Origin: Candidatus Enterousia sp.
Lineage (GTDB): Bacteria > Pseudomonadota > Alphaproteobacteria > Rs-D84
Length of the DNA: 64,000 nucleotides
Direction of reading: 5' to 3'
Assembly (NCBI GenBank): GCA_045657405.1
Contig: JAZOTB010000025.1
Span: forward strand, 6,943-70,942
Made by a program: the position numbers and the translations under genes
Shown here: in pieces, positions 55,670-64,000 of the stretch
Layout: the number at the start of each line of letters is the position of its first letter
Numbering within the stretch: position 1 is the stretch's first letter
The notes under the pieces: model-generated
Seen by the model: the letters and a program-made list of their open reading frames with translations, nothing else
What the model was told of the DNA's origin: nothing
Databases searched by the model: none

Positions 55670-57412
55670 TTATAATCTTTCAAACCAACCATCAATTTCT
55701 GTTATCGGAATAAATTTATAAACAGGTCTGCCATGATTACATTGGCCACCACGTTCAGTTTTTTCAATATCACGCAACAACATATCCATTTGAACCAAGT
55801 CCAATTTTTGTCCTGCACGCACAGAATGATGACACGCCCAGTTAGCCAACTTCAAATGCAAACTCTCTTTTAACTGAGACGAATGCCCATTTGCACGCAC
55901 CTCGTCCGCGATGTTATGCAAGACATCTGCCCAATTCATATCCCAATCAGCAGGTTTTTCAAATATAGCAATTGCAACATCACCAAAAGAATCTACGTGC
56001 AACCCAGACTGCTTTAATTCATCTGCAACAGATACAATCGCAGTAACATCTTCTTCACGCAAATTAACAACAATCGGGGTTAATAACGGTTGTGTTTTTA
56101 TTTTATTATTACGCAATTTTTCATACGTTATACGTTCATGTGCTGCATGTTGATCAACAATAACCATATTGTCATCTTTTTGTGCAATTATATACTTATT
56201 AGCAACCTGTCCCACCACACGCCCAAGCGGCAAATCAACAAAAACATTTTCTATTGGTGTTTCTTTTGACTTTACGGCACCCGAAACATTTCCTGCAAAA
56301 GAACTTTGTATCGGTGCAACAAATTCATCACGAACGCAAAAAGAATCTTTTTTGATACCAAAATCAAACCGTGGGGAAACTGGCGCAAGTTTTTCAACAT
56401 ACGCACTTGTTTTTTCCTGCAACTTAACAGGTGCACTAACCATTGTCTTGGACAACCTATCACGCAACGTCTTGATTATAAAAGAACGCACATGCGTAGG
56501 CTCTAAGAAATGTACTTCTGTCTTGGCTGGTGACACATTAACATCAACAGCATTTGTTGGCAACCATAAGTACAAAGCACACAAAGGAAACTCACGCGCA
56601 TGCATCACATCCATATAGGCCGCACGTAACGCACCAACTAAAACCTTATCTTTAACAGGCCGACCATTAACAAACAAATATTGATCAACAGATGATGCAC
56701 GTCGCAAAGTCGCCTGTGATATATACCCTGTCAGTCGCATTCCAGCAGTTGAACCAGATGTCGCATCTATTTCTAACATACGACCACGAACATCATCACC
56801 CATAACAGCAGCAATACGTTCCAACAAGTCTTGATTTTTTGGAAAAATCCATTTGTCATTCAAAACAAACCCAACATCCGTTCGTGCCATTGCTAATTTT
56901 TTCACAACTTCTAAAACAGACATTAATTCAGCCCTATCGCCACGCAAAAATTTCAAACGAGCCGGTGTTTTTGCAAACAAATTCTGAACACGAATACGTG
57001 TACCACATTCCCAATCAGATGGCCTTATATTACCTGTATTACAATCTATTTGCCAACCATTTGAATCTGCTTTATTATGCGTATCAATTGTCATATCAGA
57101 AACAGATGCAATAGAAGGTAACGCTTCGCCACGAAACCCCATAAAATTAATATTCAATAAATCATCATCAGGTAATTTTGATGTTGCATGTCTTGTAATT
57201 GCACGTGGCAAATCTTCACATGTTATACCTGCCCCATTATCAATAACACTTATCAGTGTGCGACCACCATCAGTCACATCCACAACAATTTGATCCGCAC
57301 CAGCATCCAGCGCATTTTCTATTAACTCTTTAACAACACTAGCAGGCCTTTCTACAACTTCACCAGCAGCAATTTGGTTAATTAAAAAATCCGGCAAGAC
57401 ACGAACAGTCAT
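55670..57412 (-). CDS. mutL: DNA mismatch repair protein MutL
   Basis: 580 aa. N-terminal GHKL ATPase (INQIAAGEVVERPASVVKELIENALDAGA), C-terminal dimerisation domain. Confidence 0.9.
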   Translation of the reverse strand: MTVRVLPDFLINQIAAGEVVERPASVVKELIENALDAGADQIVVDVTDGGRTLISVIDNGAGITCEDLPRAITRHATSKLPDDDLLNINFMGFRGEALPSIASVSDMTIDTHNKADSNGWQIDCNTGNIRPSDWECGTRIRVQNLFAKTPARLKFLRGDRAELMSVLEVVKKLAMARTDVGFVLNDKWIFPKNQDLLERIAAVMGDDVRGRMLEIDATSGSTAGMRLTGYISQATLRRASSVDQYLFVNGRPVKDKVLVGALRAAYMDVMHAREFPLCALYLWLPTNAVDVNVSPAKTEVHFLEPTHVRSFIIKTLRDRLSKTMVSAPVKLQEKTSAYVEKLAPVSPRFDFGIKKDSFCVRDEFVAPIQSSFAGNVSGAVKSKETPIENVFVDLPLGRVVGQVANKYIIAQKDDNMVIVDQHAAHERITYEKLRNNKIKTQPLLTPIVVNLREEDVTAIVSVADELKQSGLHVDSFGDVAIAIFEKPADWDMNWADVLHNIADEVRANGHSSQLKESLHLKLANWACHHSVRAGQKLDLVQMDMLLRDIEKTERGGQCNHGRPVYKFIPITEIDGWFERL

Positions 57413-57431
57413 ACAACAAACCCTTATTTGT

Positions 57432-57902
57432 TTATTCTTTGAATGTCACTTCTAGTATTTCATATTCTTTTTCGCCACTTGGTAATTTAACGACGCAAGT
57501 ATCACCAACACAACGTCCTATCATCGCACGCCCAACAGGCGATGTACAAGAAATAACCGTACGACCATCAGATTCAATATCAGACAAAATTCTGCATTGC
57601 ATTTTATTACCATCTTCATCTTCGGCCACAACACGCGCCCCAAAAACAACCTTGTTACCACTCAAAGAATCAATATCAATAATAGCAGCATTTTCAATCA
57701 CGTTTTCAATAAATCTAATACGCGAATCAATCTGACGCTGCTTTTCTTTTGCGGCGCTATAATCAGCATTTTCAGACAAATCGCCCAAAGAACGCGCCCA
57801 TTGAACCGTTTTTAATATTTCTGGTCTTTGATTTTCTTGTAAATCTTTTAACTCTTTGATAAGGCTATCAAACCCAGCCCTTGAAATTGGTTTTTTTTCC
57901 AT
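57432..57902 (-). CDS. greA: Transcription elongation factor GreA
   Basis: 156 aa. Coiled-coil N-terminal domain with DLSENADY, FKBP-like C-terminal domain. Confidence 0.9.
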   Translation of the reverse strand: MEKKPISRAGFDSLIKELKDLQENQRPEILKTVQWARSLGDLSENADYSAAKEKQRQIDSRIRFIENVIENAAIIDIDSLSGNKVVFGARVVAEDEDGNKMQCRILSDIESDGRTVISCTSPVGRAMIGRCVGDTCVVKLPSGEKEYEILEVTFKE

Positions 57903-57995
57903 TTTTTTCTTCCTATATCATCTTCATATTCTTGAAAATTATACGCATTCATTTTAATTTTGCAATTATCAAATGAAAATTGTATAATTTTATCT

Positions 57996-59054
57996 ATGTT
58001 TAGGCTAAATATCTTAAATCGTTTTCTATTACGCAGATTTTTTTCTGGCGTTGGTTTAGTATTACTGGTCGTATGCGGCATCATTTTTGCCGTAACATTT
58101 GTTGAACGATTACCATCTAACCCAAATGCAATAATGGCATTATACGATGCCTGGATACGCTTATTAGAATACATACCACTGTTTTTACCAATGGCTGTAT
58201 TTATGGGCACATTACTAACATCATACAATCTTACTAAATCCAGCGAAGGAATTATAATATCCAGCGCAGGCCTATCACCATATCAAGCAACCCGCCCATT
58301 TTTTATTGGCGCATTTTTAATTGGTCTTTTTGCGACAACTGTTATAAATCCATATTCTGTAAGCATAAGTTCCAAAAACTTGAATTCAAATGATATAAAA
58401 CTGGTTGACGGTATGATATGGTTGCGTGAAGGAACGACAAACAAAATAATTACATTAAATGCAAAAAATCTTGGCAGAACAGACCAAGGCATAATTTTTA
58501 TGGATACAACATTATATATCCAAGGTCAAAACCTTAAACTACAAGAACGCATTAATGCAGATCGTGTCCTATTGACAGATAACAAAATATATGCACAAAA
58601 CGCAAACATCTGGGATACAAACAGTTCACCAAGACACGGCGATTGGGAAACAGAAACCCAACTTACACCACAAACTGTACTGGACAGATACTTAAATCCC
58701 GACCAAATATCATTTTGGCAATTGCCTGCTTTTATTAAAAAGATGCACAACATAGGTGTACCTGTACGCAATCACTTAATGCAATTATGGACACTATTAT
58801 TTTTACCACTAACCATGATTGCGATGGCATCTTTGGGTGTTGCATTTTCACAAACAAAACAACGCAGAAATTATAGTTTTGGAATTAAATTCAGTCTTGG
58901 CATCATAACATGCTTTGCATTATATTTCTTAATTAATTTATTTAATGCCTTGGGTGCAACAGGGACATTACCACCGTTATTATCAATTATTGCACCACCA
59001 TTGATTATCATTGCAGGCGCAGGAATATTTATGAACAGTTTTGACACAATATAA
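57996..59054 (+). CDS. LPS export ABC transporter permease (LptF/LptG, YjgP/YjgQ family)
   Basis: Start at MFRLNILNRFLLRRFF (typical LptF/G N-terminus). 6 TM helices with large periplasmic loop. Confidence 0.7.
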   Translation: MFRLNILNRFLLRRFFSGVGLVLLVVCGIIFAVTFVERLPSNPNAIMALYDAWIRLLEYIPLFLPMAVFMGTLLTSYNLTKSSEGIIISSAGLSPYQATRPFFIGAFLIGLFATTVINPYSVSISSKNLNSNDIKLVDGMIWLREGTTNKIITLNAKNLGRTDQGIIFMDTTLYIQGQNLKLQERINADRVLLTDNKIYAQNANIWDTNSSPRHGDWETETQLTPQTVLDRYLNPDQISFWQLPAFIKKMHNIGVPVRNHLMQLWTLLFLPLTMIAMASLGVAFSQTKQRRNYSFGIKFSLGIITCFALYFLINLFNALGATGTLPPLLSIIAPPLIIIAGAGIFMNSFDTI

Positions 59055-59070
59055 ATCCAAAGGAACGAAA

Positions 59071-59205
59071 ATGCCATTAAAAAGAAAAAAGAACACAAAA
59101 TTTCGTGTATTTCTAGTATGGACAATCCTTGCAGTATTAGTTTTATTAATGCTGATATCGTTTCCTGCAACACAACACATGACAGAAATTGTAGTATATC
59201 CATGA
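59071..59205 (+). CDS. Small hypothetical membrane protein (44 aa), translationally coupled to xerD
   Basis: MPLKRKKNTKFRVFLVWTILAVLVLLMLISFPATQHMTEIVVYP. Its TGA overlaps the xerD ATG (ATGA). Below the ORF-track cut-off. Confidence 0.3.
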   Translation: MPLKRKKNTKFRVFLVWTILAVLVLLMLISFPATQHMTEIVVYP

Positions 59206-60062
59206 ACTATATAGATATATTTTTAGAAGCCCTGTCTGCAGAAAAAGGCCGCAGCGACAAAACATTAATTAGTTACGAGTCTGACTTGCACCTAGCTGAC
59301 AATGCTATTAATGGCGGGCTGATTAACGCAAACAATTCAGACATTCAAAATTATTTATCATCACTGCCTGACAAACCCTCTTCTATTGCACGCAAAGCAT
59401 CTGCGTTACGTGGTTTTTACAAATTTTTAATGCTTGAAAAAATCATAAAAAACAACCCTACTGCCAACCTAGAACTACCTAAAAGAAATCGTGCCTTGCC
59501 AAAATTTTTAACAGTTGAAGAAATAGAGTTATTAATTTCATCTGCTGGTGACATACGAAATTCACTACGTCTGCGCGCAATGATTGAACTGCTATACGCA
59601 TCTGGTTTGCGCGTTTCCGAATTATGTGAATTACCAATATCTGGAATACTAGGAAACAAACTATTAATACATGGCAAAGGCGCCAAAGAAAGACTGGTAC
59701 CAATGCATGATGCTGCAATACACGCATTAAACAAATGGCTAGATGCACGTGGCGACATAAATTCAAAATACGTATTTCCAACAAATTCAAAATCAGGCCA
59801 TATAACACGTGACGGCTTTTTCAAAATACTAAAGAAATGTGCCGTATTATCAGGCATTGCCCCCAATCGCGTCAGCCCCCACGTATTACGTCATTCATTT
59901 GCATCGCATTTACTGGCAGGTGGCGCAAATTTACGCGCAATACAAACGATGCTGGGACACGAAGATATATCTACAACCCAAATCTACACACATGTAATGC
60001 CAGAAAAATTAAAAGAAACTGTATCTAATCACCATCCATTGGCAAATAAAAAAGGTATCTAA
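59202..60062 (+). CDS. xerD: Tyrosine recombinase XerD
   Basis: Start MNYIDIFLEALSAEKGRSDKTL. Catalytic region ...HVLRHSFASHLLAGGANLRAIQTMLGHEDISTTQIYTHV... Confidence 0.85.
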   Translation: MNYIDIFLEALSAEKGRSDKTLISYESDLHLADNAINGGLINANNSDIQNYLSSLPDKPSSIARKASALRGFYKFLMLEKIIKNNPTANLELPKRNRALPKFLTVEEIELLISSAGDIRNSLRLRAMIELLYASGLRVSELCELPISGILGNKLLIHGKGAKERLVPMHDAAIHALNKWLDARGDINSKYVFPTNSKSGHITRDGFFKILKKCAVLSGIAPNRVSPHVLRHSFASHLLAGGANLRAIQTMLGHEDISTTQIYTHVMPEKLKETVSNHHPLANKKGI

Positions 60063-60065
60063 AAA

Positions 60066-60569
60066 ATGATAAAAAAATGTGACCATTTAGGCTGCACCAA
60101 GGCAGGCACATGTCGTGCACCAAAAACACGTGACTTAAAAGAATATTGGTTTTTTTGCCAAGAACACGCTGCTGAATACAACAAAAATTGGAACTTTTAT
60201 GCAAATATGAGTCCCGAAGAAATAGAAGCAGATTGGGAACGACAAACATTTGGCGAACCATTAAAAGATGCCAAAACTGCAAATACTGACGCATCAGAAT
60301 ACGCAAACTTTATAAACGATTTTATCACAGGTCGCAGCAAATTTGACCGCATGCCAATAAAAAGCAAATTACCAACAACAGTTGTATCTGCATTAAAGGT
60401 TTTTGATCTGGGCATTTCTGCCACATGGCGCGAAGTCGGTGTTAAATACCGTACACTTGCAAAAAAGTACCACCCAGACACTGCATCCGACAAGAAAAAT
60501 GCAGCCACAGAATTTGCAAAAATATCTGCTGCATACGACATATTAAAAAAACACTTTGGCAAGAAATAA
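60066..60569 (+). CDS. J-domain protein with N-terminal Cys-containing segment (CDHLGC, CRAP, CQEH)
   Basis: 167 aa. C-terminal J domain (...YRTLAKKYHPDTASDKKNAATEFAKISAAYDILKK). Confidence 0.65.
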   Translation: MIKKCDHLGCTKAGTCRAPKTRDLKEYWFFCQEHAAEYNKNWNFYANMSPEEIEADWERQTFGEPLKDAKTANTDASEYANFINDFITGRSKFDRMPIKSKLPTTVVSALKVFDLGISATWREVGVKYRTLAKKYHPDTASDKKNAATEFAKISAAYDILKKHFGKK

Positions 60570-60625
60570 GGCTTTTTTATAACCTCTTTTTGTGATATAA
60601 TTCTAAGCAAAAGGAGAACTATATT

Positions 60626-61876
60626 ATGAAAAAGCAACTATCTGTTATCATGGGTGCGTTGGCAATCTTAGGTGCCGTTGACGCATCTGCCACAACAAAC
60701 AGTGGCACACGTGCTGCATCCAGCGCAAATTTATCCAGCGCCCCTGCAACACGCACACGTGAAACTGTTAATTACACAAAATATACAACCCAGAAAAAAA
60801 CATACGAAACAAAAGATTCTGGTGACTTGTACTACACAAAACCTGCAAACCGCAGTGCACTGTACAAAGAATACACTGGTGCGAATTCTTCTGCAGCAAA
60901 TGCAACCAAAACAACTGTACGTAAAACACGTTCTGAAACAGCAAAAACAATTGCTAAACGTAAATACTTTTTGGCTCACCCATTTTTCCAACCTTTGGGC
61001 GGAAAGTTTGGTTCTATAACTGACTTGTCTTTTACAAACAGTTCTTATGATTTCACAATTAATCAAACGTTACCCTTATATGAGGGTGGTGTGGAAGTTT
61101 ACCCATTAACCGACCTGGGCGCTTCATGGAAAACAGAACAATTCTCTATCAAAGAAGATTTTAGTTATGGTATCTCAGATCGTATTGCTATCTTGGGTAT
61201 GTTACAATACAATTCTTCTGATTATGAAACAACATATACAGACGGTTCAAAACCAGATACTATGTCTGACAGTGGACTGAACTTATATGGCTTGGGCGCA
61301 CAATGGCGGTTTGTTGATACAGACGAATGGATTGCAATGGCATCTGGTTATTTCCAGCATCAAAAAGACATCGCAAACACTTTCCTAGCAGAAGTCAAAG
61401 CAGGATATAAAGTTCAACGTTCAACAATATATGGACTGGCACGTGGCTGGCTTGTAGATTTAAAAGGTAACACATATGGTAATGCAATCGTTGGCACAGA
61501 TGGCACAGGAGAACCAGCAATATTCTATATTCCATATCAAATTGGCGACAGCAATTTGACATACCTAGAAGCAGGTATCGGTGTTTTCAGCGTATTAAAC
61601 AAAGACTGGACATTAAATGTAGAAGGTGTGTTCGGCAATTACGATTGGCATAACCAAGCAAATGTCAAAGCAGCAATTGCATGGCAACCAAATGATTGGT
61701 TTGCCGTTGAACTGTATGCAAAAACATCTTTGTACGACAACGCTGACGACAAGACACTAGATCTAATGTGGTTATACCCAAGTATTGGATTAACAGATCT
61801 AACAACTGTCGGAACAGCTGATTTAGATAATTATTCTGAAACATCTGTTGGTCTGCGTACAATATTCCAATTCTAA
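60626..61876 (+). CDS. Outer-membrane beta-barrel protein (416 aa)
   Basis: Signal peptide MKKQLSVIMGALAILGAVDASA. C-terminal ...VGLRTIFQF (terminal Phe). Alternating beta-strand pattern. Confidence 0.55.
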   Translation: MKKQLSVIMGALAILGAVDASATTNSGTRAASSANLSSAPATRTRETVNYTKYTTQKKTYETKDSGDLYYTKPANRSALYKEYTGANSSAANATKTTVRKTRSETAKTIAKRKYFLAHPFFQPLGGKFGSITDLSFTNSSYDFTINQTLPLYEGGVEVYPLTDLGASWKTEQFSIKEDFSYGISDRIAILGMLQYNSSDYETTYTDGSKPDTMSDSGLNLYGLGAQWRFVDTDEWIAMASGYFQHQKDIANTFLAEVKAGYKVQRSTIYGLARGWLVDLKGNTYGNAIVGTDGTGEPAIFYIPYQIGDSNLTYLEAGIGVFSVLNKDWTLNVEGVFGNYDWHNQANVKAAIAWQPNDWFAVELYAKTSLYDNADDKTLDLMWLYPSIGLTDLTTVGTADLDNYSETSVGLRTIFQF

Positions 61877-61952
61877 ACACTGCTAAATAATATCCCTGTA
61901 AATTTTCACAGGGATATTATAACTTATAATATATACAGAGAGAGAACAAACC

Positions 61953-62690
61953 ATGCGTAAACTATTACCTATGTTTTTAATCAGTACATTTATTGCCCTG
62001 CCCGCTGCATCATATGCAAATGTACTGGAACACGATACATCTGACCCACTTTATTTATTAAACCAAGAAGAAATATTAAGTCAAACATTTGTATCATATT
62101 GGAATAATACATTACGCATTGGTCAAGGTTTTTCATATGGTATGAATCCACGCTTATCAATTGGGGCAAACGTTCATTATCAGCATCATTTTAACGGGAA
62201 TCAAGACGGGTTTTCCGCCATTGATTTAGGCGCAACATATCGCATGACACGTGAAAACGACACAGAATCTCATGTTATATCCGATTTATTATTCGGATTC
62301 AAATTTGGTGGCAGTTCTCATGTTCGCACACCATACTATGCAGATTCAACTTATTACGCAGGTATTCGTTTTGGGCGCCAATGGGCTGGTATAACATTAT
62401 CTGCCACAATAAAATCCAGTTGGGTATTTGATGATGAACGCGGCATGTCATTTATTGACTTTATGCCAGAAGCATACTTCAGAATTGCCCCAGAATGGCG
62501 CATGGGCGGTGGATTCACAATTCGCAAAGCAACAAATAACGATGCAAAAACCGGTGACGATTATGATCAAGAATGGTTACATACAAAATTAGTTCGTCAA
62601 TACGGTCGCACACAATACATCGGCCACATAGACTATGAATTTGAAAGCGATGAAATCCAATTCGGTGGTAAAGTAAATATCGTATTCTAA
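61953..62690 (+). CDS. Outer-membrane beta-barrel protein (245 aa)
   Basis: Signal peptide MRKLLPMFLISTFIALPAASYA. C-terminal ...GGKVNIVF. Confidence 0.55.
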   Translation: MRKLLPMFLISTFIALPAASYANVLEHDTSDPLYLLNQEEILSQTFVSYWNNTLRIGQGFSYGMNPRLSIGANVHYQHHFNGNQDGFSAIDLGATYRMTRENDTESHVISDLLFGFKFGGSSHVRTPYYADSTYYAGIRFGRQWAGITLSATIKSSWVFDDERGMSFIDFMPEAYFRIAPEWRMGGGFTIRKATNNDAKTGDDYDQEWLHTKLVRQYGRTQYIGHIDYEFESDEIQFGGKVNIVF

Positions 62691-62726
62691 ACAAAATCAC
62701 TCATAATTATCATATATAATTAAAAA

Positions 62727-62815
62727 TAATGATTTAGATAAAATGAAATTGGGAATCGTAGTGTACAAAAACGCTACATAAGATTCCCAATTTCTTTTTA
62801 GATAAATTATTAGAT
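62727..62815. repeat. Hairpin repeat element copy C (stem GGGAATC/GATTCCC around the conserved core)
   Basis: aataatgatttagataaaatgaaattgggaatcgtagtgtacaaaaacgctacataagattcccaatttctttttagataaattattagatttaat. Same leader, core and trailer as copies A and B at 48064-48262. Confidence 0.6.
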
Positions 62816-62820
62816 TTAAT

Positions 62821-63717
62821 TTATAATTTGTTTAGATATGCGATTGCATCCATACCTGCGCTGCACCCTGTTCCAACCGCTGTTGCGATCTGCATTTTTA
62901 GGTCACTATGAACATCACCTGCAACAAACATACCTGCTGGCAATACAGATGGGGCAAGACGTCCCAACGCATCACGTTTAATATCTTCGGACAAATAATC
63001 TGTATTTGCTTCATGTCCAATTGCAACAAACACACCATCAACAACCAACTGTTCACCTGCAGTTGTTGTAACAATTAATTCACCATCTGTAGAATCAGGT
63101 TTTTCTTCAATTTTTGCCAAATCAGTGTTGAACAAGCATTCAATATTATCACGCTGCGCAACACGGTCACGCAATACTGCTTCGGCACGGAAAAATTCAG
63201 ATTTACGATAAACGATTTTTACAGTCTTTGCCAAATCCGCCAGATACAAAGCATCATTTAATGCACTGTTTCCACCACCCATAACGATAACTGTTTTACC
63301 GCTATAAAAAAATCCATCACATGTTGCACAATATGAAACACCACGCCCCATCAGTTCACGCGCACCTGCAATTTCCAGTTTACGTGGACTGGCACCCGTA
63401 GCAACGATAACCGTTTTACCAATATATTCTTTGTTATTCGCAGTAACAATAAAATCACCGTTTTCATTTCTTACAACATTTGTCGCAACAACAAATTCAA
63501 CCGTTGCCCCAAATGATTCCGCCTGATTTTTCATAAATTCTGCCAATTCACTTCCACTACCTGCCCATCCTGGGTAATTTTCCAGTGTTGCGATACCAGC
63601 CATCTGGCCACCTAATCTGTCACCACCCAAAACGATTGTTTTTTTATTTGCGCGCGCCGCATACAATGCCGCCGTCAATCCCGCAGGCCCCGAGCCTAAG
63701 ATAATTACATCATACAT
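62821..63717 (-). CDS. trxB: Thioredoxin-disulfide reductase
   Basis: 298 aa. FAD motif ILGSGPAGLTAALYAAR, redox-active CATC, NADPH motif. Confidence 0.9.
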   Translation of the reverse strand: MYDVIILGSGPAGLTAALYAARANKKTIVLGGDRLGGQMAGIATLENYPGWAGSGSELAEFMKNQAESFGATVEFVVATNVVRNENGDFIVTANNKEYIGKTVIVATGASPRKLEIAGARELMGRGVSYCATCDGFFYSGKTVIVMGGGNSALNDALYLADLAKTVKIVYRKSEFFRAEAVLRDRVAQRDNIECLFNTDLAKIEEKPDSTDGELIVTTTAGEQLVVDGVFVAIGHEANTDYLSEDIKRDALGRLAPSVLPAGMFVAGDVHSDLKMQIATAVGTGCSAGMDAIAYLNKL

Positions 63718-64000
63718 TTTGCTTTTCTTCCTTTTTTTCTGGGGTCAATATAACAAAATTTATAACCACACACAACCAAAATTATGACAAAGTACAATTA
63801 ATATGTTAGATATTAAATTTATTCGTGAAAAAACAAACGGTTCTGCAAATCCATATCTGTCCAAATTGATTTAACACTAATACCACAACCATAATACGGA
63901 CACGTCAAGATTTTCATAAAAAGCATTCATAATTTCTTGAAAAAAGGAAATTTTAGGTATACCCTGTATTGGCAAATTACAAATATGGGGCAAAATTATG

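Noticed and set aside
1-64000. CRISPR arrays and rRNA genes
   Set aside because: There are no regularly spaced direct repeats with unique spacers. The only repeat family (hairpin elements at 48.0-48.3 kb and 62.7 kb) has irregular spacing and internal stems unlike CRISPR. No rRNA-like conserved stretches were seen.

Overview
This 64 kb window looks like an AT-rich alphaproteobacterial chromosome, probably from an intracellular or symbiotic lineage (MucR/Ros regulator, gatCAB, SPOR, LolA, TatABC). The Rickettsiales/Holosporales-like placement is an impression, not a tested call. Most of the window is densely packed core housekeeping genes with recognisable products, two tRNAs and several clear Rho-independent terminators. 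I found no rRNA and no CRISPR array.

Eight places stand out from the housekeeping background:
- A partial type IVb-pilus-like locus at the left edge: a lipoprotein secretin (running off the window) preceded by a TcpQ-like accessory protein.
- Two paralogous small Cys-containing proteins wedged between gatC and gatA inside the gatCAB operon, with an antisense tRNA-Phe between gatA and gatB.
- An apparent in-frame ybeY-lnt gene fusion, immediately followed by a ~230 bp duplicated internal lnt fragment.
- A tightly coupled four-gene operon of unknown proteins (36971-39017) with a divergent unknown gene (36252-36926).
- A 469-aa unknown protein next to a zinc-finger-degenerate MucR.
- A small GIY-YIG nuclease pseudogene bracketed by ~50 bp imperfect terminal inverted repeats that each contain a stem-loop.
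- A translationally coupled pair of secreted proteins, one of them 669 aa, Cys-rich and Q/A-rich (45262-48005), directly beside that element.
- A family of hairpin repeat elements with a conserved GTAGTGTACA...ACAT core (three copies at two loci).

The secreted-protein operon together with the adjacent GIY-YIG element and hairpin repeats (about 44.6-48.3 kb), and the four-gene unknown operon, are the best candidates for an undescribed system. All calls rest on reading the translations and sequence by eye. No database searches were run.
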